A stretch of 64,000 bases of DNA from Octopus vulgaris (taxonomy: Eukaryota), in contig OX597816.1 of NCBI GenBank assembly GCA_951406725.2, positions 154,752,001 through 154,816,000 of the forward strand. Reading direction: 5' to 3'. The notes below the pieces were generated by a model. That model had not been told where the DNA came from. It saw only the letters and a program-made list of their open reading frames with translations, and did no database searches. How positions within the stretch are numbered: the first letter of the stretch is position 1; each line of letters opens with the position of its first letter. Below, in pieces: positions 13,019 to 26,800 of this stretch. A program made the translations under genes and the position numbers.

Positions 13019-13180
13019 AGGCGCAGGAGTGGCTGTGTGGTAAGAAGCTTGCTTCCCAACCACATGCTTCCGGGTTCAGTCCCACTGCGTGACACCTTTG
13101 GCAAGTGCATTCTTCTATAGCTTTGGACCGACCAAAGCCTTTGAGTGGATTTGGTAGAAGGAAACTTAAAGAAGCCCGTC

Positions 13181-13182
<2 letters not shown>
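13019..13182 (+). mobile_element. tRNA-derived SINE, family 2 (5' half)
   Basis: ggcgcaggagtggctgtgtggtaagaagcttgcttcccaaccac...gggttcagtccc; repeated many times in the window. Confidence 0.85.
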
Positions 13183-13227
<45 letters not shown>

Positions 13228-13237
13228 CAAGCATACA

Positions 13238-13268
<31 letters not shown>

Positions 13269-13274
13269 GCATAT

Positions 13275-13620
13275 ATGGGTACAGGATGTCACCAACAGTA
13301 AACAACATGAAATACGAAAATAAATGCGTTCAATATGCAAACAACGAGAGAAACAATTGGAAAACGGGACAAGTAGCATAGAGAACGACTCTTCATCAGT
13401 TGTTGGCTGTCTATCTACTCCTCATTTCGAACATTAAGTGCCAATATGAGTCTTCGAACACAGTTGCCCCCATAAGTACCAAAATAAAATTTGGAATTTA
13501 TGGAAGGTCAAAGTTGGGAACAAATACAGGACAGTGGAGACATACAAGGAAACCGAACGAAAACAATCATGGAGGGTCGTTAGACCAGGACGAGGGTAAA
13601 ATAGCGAACTCTGGAGAAAT
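13275..13620 (-). mobile_element. Non-autonomous repeat, family B copy 1
   Basis: Homologous to 21560-21735 and, more distantly, to 59590-60180. Confidence 0.7.
13387..13509 (-). ncRNA. Candidate rearranged hammerhead ribozyme (family B)
   Basis: Minus strand gacctt-ccataa..ttatgg-gggca-actgt..ctcaTA|ttg..tgttcGAAAtgag..acag..caaCTGATGA-agagtc; stem I partly degenerate in this copy. Confidence 0.6.
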
Positions 13621-13810
13621 ATTTTCTTTGAAAAGAGAAAAGAATGGAGAGAGAGAGATAGGATAGTCCAATCCTTAGGACAGTCCTGAAAGAAAAGAAA
13701 GTTACTCCATTGCTTTGGCCGATGTTTTGGAAGACTACCGGTCTAAGATTCTTGTTGAGTGCAATCCCACCCCATACCATGATTCTCTTTCCTCCCCAAC
13801 ACAGTCATCG
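13620..13810 (-). mobile_element. Tc1-like transposase fragment
   Basis: MVWGGIA...PVVFQ resembles the Tc1 catalytic-domain VMVWG motif. Confidence 0.45.
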
Positions 13811-14532
13811 GCATGACGGTCACCCCTTCTTCTTCAAACCTTAGCTCTACCATCTGCCATATATATATATATATATATCCCTCTGGGCATGGTTTTGTTC
13901 TATCTTGTTTCTTAAGTGCTTTTTGCTATGAATTCCATTCTGTCTGAGTTTTGGATGTGCAAATTGTCAGTTCGTCCCCGTCTCCCTATGCCAGCAGACA
14001 CCTTTTAGATGGAATTTATAGCTGGCTTGTGCCATTTTTTCCCGTATTTATTTCTGCGGTTTTTCTTTTTAACTCTAAACTCTGTTTTATCAGTCTTTTG
14101 TTGGTTCTTTTACCTATTCTGCTGTTTTGGGAGGTGGTGTCGGGGCTGCTTTTATTATAAGCTTTCATTTTCATTCTTTTTACAGTTATTTCATCTCTGT
14201 GAACTTAAATATCCTCGTTGATGGTTGTCTTGTTTTTGCTTTCCTTACAATGGAACTGTTTTCTGTACCAGATGTTTCACATGAGAATTCATCAACTTGA
14301 GAATTCACTAATTTGAGAATTCGCCAACTTCTTATTTGCATCACAGTCAGGCAAACCCGTTGCTTTTCATGTCCGATGCAATTAGGTTGTTGGGTGAATC
14401 CTTTTCGACTACCACTCAAGTTCTGAGAAACAGTTCTATCTCGGTAACCTTCCAGTTTCTCGAGGACATTTTCACTGCACTACTTACCTTCTTCTTTGTG
14501 GTGAGTGGCTCTATGTATGATTTCTTCGTGGG

Positions 14533-14607
<75 letters not shown>

Positions 14608-15253
14608 GGAATGATGGGGACATGAGAGGATAGATGGTTTGATAAGTTGAGAGAGGGAGGGGAGTAAGTATTCGGAGAGAGGAGAGCAAGTAGAAGGTGA
14701 GAGAGGAGAGCAAATGGAGGCTAAGAAAGGAGTACAAATGAATATATGAGGTGAGAGAAAGTAAGTGAGGTGAAGAAGCTGAGAGGAAAGAGCTGATGGA
14801 AGACATAGAGGGGAGAGCAATTGGAGAAGCAGGGAGGAAGTTTGATGAGGGTAAATTGAGGAGAGTAGAGATTTAGTGAATATTTGAGAGGATAGGGAGG
14901 GAAGAGGTTGGTTGGGAGTAGAGTGTGTGAAGAGGAGAGCGAGTAGGTAGAGGGAAGAAGAGGTGAAGAGATACTCGAAGTACAAAGCAATCCTATTAGA
15001 ACAGAAATGGAAGGATAAATACATTCCCATATGCGTATACACACATATATTTATATATACAGTAGGTTGGGAGAGGGAGGAAAGAGAGACGAAGCGAGGT
15101 ACTTGAAGTACAGAAACCATCCTTGTAGAGATGGAAGGATATGTATATTTTTATATGTGTATGCACACATACAAATAATTCTGTGCATACACAACACATA
15201 CATATACACACATATATACAGAGACAAAGAGAGCAAAGGAAAAGGATACAGAG

Positions 15254-15296
<43 letters not shown>

Positions 15297-16350
15297 TGGA
15301 AGGAGAAAATGAAAGGTATTTTATATGTGTATTAATTGATTTGTTGTTATAGAAATATCTTCGTGGAAGATATTTCTTCGAACCGGAATCGTAGAGAACT
15401 GAAAATTATATATATATATTTCAACACAAGCATTGCTGTTTATATAAGACGTTTGGTTCCCAACCACATGGTTCCGGGTTCAATCCCAATGTGCAAGTGT
15501 CTTCTACTATAGCCTCGGACCGACCAAACATTTGTGAGTGGAGTTAGTAGACAGAAATTGAAAGAAACCTATCAAATATAAATATATATATATAAATATA
15601 TATTCTTGTTCCATTTTCTGTATTCTTTATATATAAATATATATATATTCTGATGTATGTATGTATGTATGTTTGTATGTATGTATGTATGTATGTATGT
15701 ATGTATGTATGTATGTATGTATGTATGTATGTATGTATGTATGTATGTATGTACGTACGTATGTGTGTGTGTGTATGTATACGTATATGTATATGCACAT
15801 GTATGTAGGCAAATGGATATGAATTGTCATGTCGGAATGTAAATTACCAGAGTACTTCGGTGCCAGAACAGCGAAAATCAATACCTCCACCGCCAACAAC
15901 AATAGCAATAATTACGTTTCTGGAATATACGGTGCAGTACAGCTAGATATATATGAAATGCATGCTTCAGAGTTACCACCAAAATCCGCTACATATAAGA
16001 AAGTCAGAAAAATCGATTGTCTATCTGAAATTGAACAAAATTTCTTAAAATTAAGATGGAGGTTAGGACAATACAACTACAACAACAACACAAATATACG
16101 AAACCAAAACAACAACAATAACAATAGCGATGTTGATGACCACAACAATAGTGGCAATAGCAATAACAACAATGAGAACCACAACATAGTAAATCCATGG
16201 GATTTCAATCGGGGGAATTAGGAGGTGAGAAATTGGGGCTGGTAAAATCACAGAAATTCTTTGACAGTTACTACCAACTTTCTCTGGAGGTATGGCAAGG
16301 AGCCAAATCCTGCTGTCACAGATATGACCTTCCAGCAGCAACCTCTTTTA

Positions 16351-16559
<209 letters not shown>

Positions 16560-17334
16560 CTAATTGACTTTGGTAAGAACGCTGTCCACACTTTCACCAA
16601 TTTCTAATCAAGGCTGAGATCTATATGTGTTGCTGAAGAGTTAAGTAATGTAGACGAGTGAGTATCTAAGGCACTAGCGGAAAGCATGAATATTATAGAA
16701 TCACTCTTCCCTTTCACAAATTTAGCGAAAAACTCGTGACTTATGTACAGTACAGTCAACCACCACTCGTGAATGGCTTGTACGTTCTACTGTACTGTTG
16801 CTAGTTATTTTAGGTGTCTGTGTTACCACTAGTAGACATAAACGTTCACTTGGCTCTTTCATCAATAACCTAGCGTAATATCCAGGAGGTAACAAGTGGA
16901 GGGAAGAAGGGAGGTAGTGAGAGAGAAAGAAAGATAAAGAGAGAAAGAGAGGGAGAGAAAGAGAGAGAGAGAAAGATAGAAGGAGAAAGAGCGGGAGAGA
17001 GACTTGTACTCGGCTGATACTATTTTACCGTTGAATCCACTAAAACAACATGAAATGAAGCGCCTTGGTCAGAGACAACACGCCGTCCGGTCCAGGACTC
17101 GGGCCCAAGGCATTATGTTCGTAAGCTCAACAATTTAACCGCTTAAGAAATAAATATTTCATTAAACTAAAGCAATATTCCAGACGACCAGAGTGGCACA
17201 AGTGGAATTCCGATCGAAATAGTTTGAACCGGAATCGAAACTAGTTTTTATTTATCTCTGGTTCTACGATGTCCAGTTCTTATTCTTATCAATTCTATTC
17301 TAGCAGACAATAGGTTTCAAACGATGATCTAATT

Positions 17335-19160
17335 GAGGGGTCACCAAACTTCTTTTTAGTGCGGGCCAGATAACATAGAATGACGAGCGCGGGCCGCATA
17401 TCCATTTTGTTCAATACATACAGTGAATACACAAAAAAATAGACACCAACATATTTATTTGCCAAAAAGTTATCAAAGGAGGCGGCGTTAGCAATAAGAT
17501 AGTTATATCCCACCTAGTGCGCACATATCCAAATCTCACAAACTAAGAAACAAAAAGGTTGGCGAGATTTTTTGAACTGGTGTTTAGCTTTTAAGACATC
17601 ATCAATATTTGCTTTGGAATTGCTGTATCCAATCAAGAGAATTGCTTTCAAATGTTCATCAGTCAACCTCTTTCAATGTGCTGACTTCAAATACTTCAGT
17701 TTTGAAAATGTTTGCTCACAAAAAGTTGTTCCAAACACTGATGCTATCACTGAGGAAAATTTCTTCAACTTTAAAAACTCATCATCAGGTGAGCAGCGAT
17801 AAGATTCTACAAGCTTTCCTTCTCTGTTCTTCTCTTTCAACAAGTCATTTACTTGCAAGTAAATGAGCGCAAAATTGTAGTTTGACTGGTACGTCATCAA
17901 GGTTACAATCAAACAGAAGAATGTCACTCTCATTTCTATCGAGATCTGAAAATCATTTAAGTCACGAATAATCATCGAAAACTCGAGGTTGACATTTGCG
18001 ATTCCAGCGCGAAACTCGTTGAAACACTGAAAATGAGAGAAGTATCCTGTTCCAGTTGTGCTTCAAACAACGATAGCTTTCTCTGAAATCCTTTGATGAT
18101 TCTGTAGAGATCACAGATAAGGCTATCCTTTCCCTGGAGTTTCAAGTTCAGTTAATTCATGTGGGATGTGATGTCAACCAAAAATGACAACTTTGATAGT
18201 CATGTAGGATCTGACAGAAGTGGATCAGCTCTATCCTTCTCGGCGAGAAAAAGATCTGTTTCTCTTCGGAGCTTATAAAAATGAAACAGGACTTTACCGC
18301 AGCTCAGCCACTTCACTGATGTGAGATAAGGCAAGTCACAGAATTCAGAATCAATTTCTTCAAGAAAAGTCTGGAACTGGCGAATGAAGTTCACTGCAGA
18401 AATGACTGGTTTCAGTACGTAACAAATATCTACGCCTTTCCCTCAGAGTGCTTGCTGATATATAATGCAATGTATAAACAGAGCGCCCGGGAGTTGATCT
18501 AACTTAGTCCTGATCTGCCACACCAGACCCTTCCTCACTCCAGCCATGTTTTTCCTCCATCAACTGTAACACATCGAAGCTGATTCCACTGAAGATTATA
18601 GCCTAACAAAGTTTTCTGCATTCTCGTGAAAATGTCTTCTCCAGTTGTTTTTCCATGCATGCTGAAAGTCCAAATTAACACCATGATCTGAAAGTCCAAA
18701 TTAACACCATGAATGGACATGAGAAGTTGCGACATACTCGAGACTTCAGTAGACTCATGCAGCGCAAAAAATACCACAAGAAGTTCCTAGCTTTCTCGCG
18801 TATCTGTAGCATTATGTTCCCTCCAAGTTTTTCTGTTCTCCGCACAACTGGACTTGCTGAAAGGCTGATACATCCAAATAAATCAGCTTTCTCAGGACAC
18901 AAGTCATTTGCTGCTTCCGTCATACACTCTTTGAAGAAGTTGCCGTCAGCAAACGGTTTTCTATTGTACGAGTGACAGATTCGTTTTCAGCAAACGTTCT
19001 CGTGAAAAGAATGTTTAAACACGGCAGTGCAAGTTAAAACACAATCGCTACAGGAATGAACTCTTAATGCAGGTACTTACTCAAAAGGTACAGTGCAGCA
19101 GCGGGGCCAGTTGAGCTGACCTCGTTAGATAACCTAATGTTAGATAACCTAATGCCCCTG
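17335..19160 (-). mobile_element. Decayed hAT (Charlie/SPIN-like, GTF2IRD2-type) DNA transposon
   Basis: Fragments ALHESTEVSSMSQL, MHGKTTGEDIF, VTVDGG, DLPYLTSVKWLSCGKVL and SVFGTTFCEQTFSKLKYLKS; Charlie-like terminus aggggtcaccaaact..gcgggcc at about 17335; far end approximate. Confidence 0.8.
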
Positions 19161-21559
19161 GACAACACAAATAGCAACCAAATCTCCTCCAAATCGCGCT
19201 ACCGCATTCATTCCTAATCGCTGTGCTACAGACGAAGTTTGCACAGCGATTAGGAATATTTAGTGCATCGCAAAACATACTGAAATTATATTAAAAAATG
19301 TGAAAATTCGAAATAAAATTCCGAATATGAAGTCTCGTAATTATATTTCATTTACTGAATAAAAAATATAGCATTTAATAATTTTCTTTTGGCTAAAATA
19401 TTAAAAAAAATATATATATTTGCTCTAAACTATATCATAAGCTGAAAAAGTTTGTGAAAAAATTTGTACTACAGTTTAAAAAGGAAGGGGAAGAGGCATA
19501 TATAGTGAGGATAATGAAGTCTTTGATACACTTCATTTAAAACAAAGACAGGCTCACAACTTGAACACTATCGGTCATAAAGTTGCTTGATCAAGGCAGA
19601 TTAGAGAGTAAACGATATCACCACTTTGGTATTAAAGTTTGTTTTCATTTCACTAGAGGATGTAAAATGAATGTAATTTTTCAGAATTAAACAACGGTTG
19701 ATTCGGTTAATTTTGTTGTATATTATTAAAGTTGTTGCTGTTTAACCCCAGGGCATCTCTAAGCAACAGACCCATGATCAAAGTGTTCAGAACAGGTATC
19801 CAACAAAATACTATCCATTATATTCTAGCTTTTATCTCGGATTGTAAGGCATAATTTGCAAGAAATTTACCTGCTATTCCTTGTAGTTGAGTAACCTCAG
19901 AGCAATTTCTTCGTTGTGCATGGATTTATCATTTTTGTATAAAATCTAAGTAGGAATGTCTTAAGGAACCAAGCTAATATCCGTGCACTCAGCATCCTCA
20001 CCCTAGTTGCAATTCTTAGTTACAGACATTTCACTTGTGACTTTACAGACAAGGCACGAAGACCGCACCGTTTCCAGTTTAGAGAGAGAGAGAGGGAGAG
20101 AGAGATAGGTTTGTAGGTATCTGAGTCGGCAGAGGCAAACTATCAACTGAAGATTTTGTGTGTCGTGTTGTTATCGGTGCTGTATTTTGTCCACATCTAA
20201 CACGCTCAGCTATCAACAGCTGCCCAGTGTACGTAGCTATACAGAGGTATCAGTGTGACTGTACAACTTGCAACTATTATCAACATGAGTACTATATAAT
20301 GGTAAGAACAAAATATCAATGTGGAAATGATATTGATCTACTCACTCATACTTCGAGAAATTACTTCAACCGGCTTCAGGTCACCGTGATTCGAACAAAG
20401 CACTTCATTTTGCATGCATTAGTTAAACACATAGGAAAATGTGTTGGGCTGCCGCCATGTCACGCTCTGCAATCTGAAATCGTGTCTGCAAGTCAAGAAG
20501 GCATTACATGTAACGGATGTCAACAGTCTCATATAACCAAATAGATGGATTTAGACATCATTTGATGTAAAATATATTTTTTACTAAAACACAAGGGAAC
20601 TGATGTATAAGGGCAGAAAAAATAGTAATTGGTTTGTTAATAGATTTCTCACAAATATCAGTGGTGCAAGCGAGGTAAATTGGATACAGGATTATAACAC
20701 GGTTTGCAACATCGGTAAGTATGTGAGATGAAAAAATAAATTTTTTGATATTTATTCTCCAGAAATATTTATCAATAGAAGAGATTTCTACTGTTATTTT
20801 TCTAGAATATTTTGAATACATAATTTAGCTGCTACGAGTTACAGAATCAGACGAGAATGTAAAAGTATAACGAAACGTCCACTGCAGAGTTGAACTAAAG
20901 GTCAAATGGTAAACATGTTTTAGACAACAAACTATACTTAATGTGCTTAAGAAAACTTCACCGCTGCAGTATTCGTCTTGAGAGTTAAAAGACACAGATG
21001 TGGATCAGTAGGAAGAAAACCGGTGTCAAAGTGAAAGCATTATTTTGGCTTTGGCATAGAGCGACGGATACCTTCAAAACCTGTCGATTGCAACTTTGCC
21101 TTTGCTCTTTCTGGATCAATAAAATAAGGTGCCAATGAAGTACTGGTGTCGATATAATCGATCGTTCCCCACCTGCAAATGTTTGGTTTTATGCTTACAC
21201 AAGAAATTGTTACTTTGGTTTTGGCAAAGGGCGAGGGATTTCTTCAAATCAGGCCATATTATTTTGCTTTTCATTCTTCTAAGGTCGATGAAAGAAGCTC
21301 TTATTATTGATAACTTAGACCCAACTGCAAAATGTGTGATTTTGTGTCAAAGCTAGAAACCAAACCTACAAGTGATTGCAAAGGTGAACATAGGTGAACT
21401 TACATGAATTTTATTGACAAAAAGTAAAAGTCGAGAAAAGACTGGGAGAATGCAAATAAATATTTGTAAGATAAGCACAAGGGATACCATAATAGATTAT
21501 ATCGTTCCCCAGTACTGAACGGTAAAGAATATCAGAATACACATACACACACACAGTAC

Positions 21560-21735
21560 ACAACATGAAATACGAAAACAAATGAGTTCAATACGCAAAC
21601 AACGAGAGAAACAAATAGAAAACAGGACAAGTAACACAAAGAACGATCCTGTTGTCGGCTGTCCATCTACTCATTTCGAGCAATGAACGACAATATGAGA
21701 CTTCGAAGACAGTTGCTCCCATAAATACCAAAATA
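21560..21735 (-). mobile_element. Family B copy 2; rearranged-HHR module with the CUGAUGA core deleted
   Basis: Helices gagcaa/ttgctc, ctgtc/gacag, ctca/tgag and ttgtcg/cgacaa are all perfect; TGATGA is missing. Confidence 0.65.
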
Positions 21736-22263
21736 TTTTTTGCGACGTTAAGCCGAAATTAATACGTAGTAGGACCATGGTAGTCAACGGTAGTTTGTAC
21801 ATATTTTTTACGACATTTCTTTTACGTTACTCTCAAGTTATTAAGCTCTAATTTTTACTTTGTAAATTTTAAATTTTATCATTCGTATCATTTGTAAATT
21901 TTCGTTTTGCATTTTGTCATTCGTACTTGTGTATGTCCACTTTTATCTATAGCTTTTTATTCGAATATATTTATTTGTCATTGCTTTCATTATTATATCA
22001 TCACAAGTATATATTTTATTCCTACGTATTGTTAATTTTATATGAATGTTTAGAGACATAAGTTACGTGAGAATTTAGTTTTTGTAAATTTTTTATTTTT
22101 TTATCTTTCATTTTTTATTTTCTATTTTTTATTTTTTTTATTTTATTTGAATTAAATTATGGCTTGCACAGTAAGGTCCGGTGAATCTATTTACACATAC
22201 GCATACTTATCTGTTAAAATTAAAATATAGTATTTTGTATCGAACTATGATAAAGTTCTTTAG

Positions 22264-22361
22264 AGGTCTGATGATTGGGGTTATATTTTAAGAAAGGTTC
22301 CTGTAAAACACTACGTGCTTAAGGAACCGTAAAAGAACCTCAAGAAACACGTGTAGCGTAG
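22264..22361 (+). ncRNA. Type I hammerhead upstream of a PLE ORF
   Basis: CTGATGA(22268)-ttggggtt..ggttcc..ggaacc..aacctcaa-GAAA-cacgtg-TA; long stem II, palindromic stem III, weak stem I. Confidence 0.65.
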
Positions 22362-22566
22362 GAATGAGTAGTAAGTATTAAATTAAAATTCTTTTATATG
22401 GTGTGATGATGGGGACTACTATCTCTAAATGACATTTATATTTCCTCATTGAGAATAATTTGAACCCCTGTGATCCCGGAGTTTTTATTCCCTAATAAAT
22501 AAAATAAAATAATTTAATGTAATGGTTTAACTTTATTGTTTAGCTTGAAAATTAAACAATTAAGTA

Positions 22567-23445
22567 TGGCATATACAGGTAAGATAATACCCCTGGAGTG
22601 GAATTCATCACTGAAAGACATACCTATCCCACCAAAAAAAAAAAAAAGAATTCAAGATTAAACTGATTAATAATATAAAGAATTTCATAAATAGACGTAA
22701 ATGGAAAGCACACTCCTATAATAATGAAAATACTATAGGCATAAATAATACAGACAATAATAAATTTATTAGGAATAAATTTAAATCTAGGAAAGAGCCA
22801 CCGTACAATAAAGAAATGCAAAACTTGGAAGACAAAATTTGGGAAATAGTAAAAAATCTAGAATTTTATAAATACCCGAACATGCATAATAATTACCTTA
22901 AAAACTTAGCTATTAAGATAAAAGAACTGAGAAATACAGAAGGAATCTTTGTACAATCTAACAAAACTAGAAACCTATATAAATTAGATATAGAAACATA
23001 TGATAGTTTACTAGAGAAAGAAATCAATAAAAAATATAAAATAGTTCAAAATAATACTTTAGAGAAAATAAATAAGTGTTATAAAGAAATTATGACGAAT
23101 TATGAACTAGATAAAAAGACAGAACTCTATGTGCCATTGGATAACGTTAAAAGACCATTAAGATAATTTCTATGCAGACCCTAAAGTCCGACTGATATGT
23201 CCATGTAAATTAGACCTAGGGAAATTGAATAAATTAATATTAGACAAATATATGAATAAATTAAATAATTTAGGTCACCTAAAATTATGGGGTAGTACAA
23301 TGGAAACTTTACAATGGTTTAAAAATATTAAAAATAGTAATGAATATAAGTTTATACAAATAGATATTGATAATTATTATGCATCCATAAATGAAATAGT
23401 GTTGAATAAGGCCTTGATATATGCCAAAAATAGAATAGGAATTGT
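22567..23445 (+). pseudogene. Penelope-like element ORF, N-terminus and first RT motifs, disrupted and 3'-truncated
   Basis: SLKDIPIP N-terminal motif, QSNKTRNLYKL, NFYADPKVRLICP and FIQIDIDNYYASI (RT motif A-like). Confidence 0.75.
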
Positions 23446-24607
23446 AAAGAGTGTAATTGGGTGTCTCCGGTTCTCGCAGTATCAGAATTTTTCAGTGCTG
23501 CTTTCTGCAGTTATTAGGGATAAAATTTTGAGCCGATACATCTGCTTTCCACATTCAAAGGGTTAAATGTCAAGGTATACCTGAGAGGTGGAATGCTCAG
23601 TCACCATCATATTGATTATGATTTCATGACCAGGAATACAATTATTGGACAACCAATACAATTATTGGACAACTGACGGCTAATCGTCGATGCCGAATGG
23701 GAATCCAACTAATAGCTTGCATCCGTCTCCCTTCCCTCCGCTGTTTATCGTTACTCGCTCAAACATACACATAGATGTAAGATGTTTGTGTGTTGTGTAT
23801 ATATATATATATGTGTGTGTATGTATGCATGTGTGTGTGTGTGTATGCACACGCGTGTGTAATTATATCCTTTCCGGGTACTCATCGGCTACATCATAAA
23901 GACGTTTTCATTATAGATAATTGTTTATCCTATAAGGAAATGACTTTTTCGATGTCTTCCAAGGAAATGACTTTTTCGATGTCTTCCAAGTGCAAACTTA
24001 TGCCTAATTGCGGCAGCAGCTATTAATAACAGCCTGGAGCAAAATTTATCCTGCAAACTATTTTTACTGTATTCTTTTTCACAGGAAACTTTAGTAAACA
24101 ATTAAATTGATTAAATTCATTGAAATATTAATTGGTACCTAAATATCTGTATATATCCTATACTAAATGCAATTTCTTTCCCATTTTATACGAAAATAAG
24201 AATATTACAAGGAAAGAATTTGGAGGAGATTTCGTTCGTTCACTCACTCATTCATTCATTCATTCATTCATTCATTCATTCATTCATTCATTCATTCATT
24301 CATTCATTTATTCATTCATTCACACATACATGTGAAGAACCCCATATTTCCGGTTAGAATTTCCCTTCTAAAAGAAGGAAGGTAAATTTGTGTAATAAAA
24401 TGTCTGAAGAGTAGTTGATTTCTGGTCGAATCAACGTTTGTTGTACTATTGGAGTTCTGAATGATTCACTGAAAGTCGGTCCAGTGCTGTGCAACACCTT
24501 ATCCACTCAAAGCAAATTCACACATAGGAATTTCTTGGATTCTAGCAACATTTGCATGAACTTACTGAGTTTAGGAAGTGGTTTTACTCGCTCACGAGTT
24601 GACTTCC

Positions 24608-24659
<52 letters not shown>

Positions 24660-24661
<2 letters not shown>

Positions 24662-25200
24662 TGTGTGAGAGACTTGGTATGTGAAAGCACTTGGTTGGAT
24701 GTATAAAAACAAAATAAAATGAAAAAACTACAGAAGAATTGTATTATATGGTTAAAAAATATATTAAAATCGTCATGTTAGGAATATATATATATATATA
24801 GATGTGTGAGAGACTTGGTATGTGAAAGCACTTGGTTGGATGTATAAAAACAAAATAAAATGAAAAAACTACAGAAGAATTGTATTATATGGTTAAAAAA
24901 TATATTAAAATCGTCATGTTAGGAAAATGTTATAAAAATCTTTTGTATAGTGACATTTTTTGGGAGAAATAACCGGTTTCTCATTTTCTTTTCAAATTTC
25001 TCTACTGTTGTTTTGTCATCTATTCACAACAATAACGGTAAAGAAATCTGAAGAATTTGAAAAGAAAATGCGAGACCAGTTATTTCTCCAAAAAAGATGT
25101 CACTATACACAAAATTTTATATCATTTTATCATTTTTCTAACATGACAATTTAAATATATTTTTTAACCATATAATACAAATCTCGTGTAGTTTTTTCAC
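24660..25200. mobile_element. (TA)n-flanked fold-back element with a degenerate HHR (25042-25087) and a duplicated left end
   Basis: About 24862-25000 is inverted to 25053-25198; 24660-24783 is repeated at 24800-24923; agaaat-CTGAAGA..GA(G/A)A-cc(a/g)g-TT-atttct. Confidence 0.7.
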
Positions 25201-25266
25201 TCTAATTTGTTATATACATACATACACACACACATACATACATACATACATACATACATACATACA

Positions 25267-25300
<34 letters not shown>

Positions 25301-25313
25301 CATACACACATAC

Positions 25314-25344
<31 letters not shown>

Positions 25345-25351
<7 letters not shown>

Positions 25352-25885
25352 TAAGGTATGTAGAAAAATACAACATGGACAAGAACGTATAACTCTTAGA
25401 AGACGATACAATAAACACGGACAGGACATTCGAAACCCTCAGTCTTCAGTCAAGAACCGGATCATCGTAGTAATTTCGGCTGATTAATCTTGAGATTACT
25501 AGATCACGGCCAGCCCTCCAAGAAAAACTAAGCAACGAGCATTAGAAAAACTAAGCTGGGAGCGTAGATTTCCTGGAAGAAGGATCGAATGCATACGGAC
25601 ACCAGGACAGCAAAAGGGACGAATATAAAAAAAACAAAAAAATAATGGAATACAGAAACATGAAATACAGAAGCATTAACGGTGAAAACAACAACAAGTG
25701 TCTTACGACTGATAACAAGCAAACAAATTTTTTCTCTGGCGCAAGGAAAGGAGCCTTATCGGCGATGCCTATAGCGGCGGACGAAAAACAACGATGTTAA
25801 CACGACGCTGGTCAGAAGCTGAAAGGCAGATTTCGGCCAGCAGTCACGTGACAGAGGAGAGAGAAAAGAAAAGAAAGAGAAGCAG

Positions 25886-25927
<42 letters not shown>

Positions 25928-25995
25928 GGACAAACGCAACAAAGAGAGAGAAGAGAGAGAAAGAAGGAATCAGAGAGGAGGAGGGATGGGTGTCA
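25345..25995 (-). mobile_element. Family A copy 2, with rearranged-HHR module at 25427-25591
   Basis: tagtaaTC|tcaaga..cagccGAAAttacta..tcttgaCTGAAGA; stem III shows compensatory change relative to copy 1. Confidence 0.7.
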
Positions 25996-26234
25996 TATAT
26001 ATATATATATATATATATGTGACCCCTTCCGTCATGAATGCCCATGGGATTACACAGAAAGTTCCCATCCGAGTTACAAGTCTGGGCAAGGTATTTATAG
26101 AAGACAAGCAGTCGCCCATGCATACCAGCCTCCCCTCTCCACACACCCGATGTTATCCAAGGGAAAAGCAAAGGCCGATATATACACACATTTGTGTGTA
26201 TGTATGTGTGTATTGTATGCATGTATAAATATAT

Positions 26235-26800
26235 ACAAGGGGGTGTCTAGAAAAAGATGTAAGGTGAGCATAACGTTTTTATTAACTGACAGGCAATTAC
26301 ATTTTAAATATTGATGTAATAACTCTTCCTCTATATATTCACAAGCGATGGATCTGCGACATCGCTGAACCCAATTCACTGTGCTCTGTTGCAGACACTT
26401 CTTCACAACCACTTTCTGATACACATTTGTGCTATCAAAAATCTTTGTCAGTAGAAGTCAGAGGGTGTACCGGATTGTACTGTGGATAGCAGTGGACGTC
26501 ACTGACCAGTCCAACTTCACAAGTGACTGATTTGTCGCCAAAGATGTAGTGTAGTCACACATATTCATGGTTAACGTGGATCATTTTCGGATTCTTGTTC
26601 GGTCTTTTCTTCCTTATGGCTACTGTAATTTTTTTTAGAGTCCCAATACTCTGATGGCTCTCCACAGTACAGTTTCGTTCCAGAAAATGAAGGATGCATT
26701 TATTATCCACCTCCAAGCAAAGTAGTCGCATAAGACTGCATAATGATTGGCAAGTATAGGAAAAAAATAATTGCATAAGGAATAAAAAAAAAACTTTCAG
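26235..26800 (-). mobile_element. Highly decayed Tc1/mariner-like remnant
   Basis: TA-flanked caagggggtgtc terminus and weak DDD-like fragments. Confidence 0.3.

Noticed and set aside
14290-14535. Coding-looking minus-strand stretch (KKSYIEPLTTKKKV...)
   Set aside because: Interrupted by stops, no recognisable family and no supported splice sites
15829-16221. 130-aa Asn-rich ORF as a host exon
   Set aside because: Dominated by an (AAC/AAT)n repeat, with no recognisable homology
26020-26185. GC-richer segment between TA tracts resembling a LINE 5' UTR
   Set aside because: Family and structure cannot be assigned without a database search
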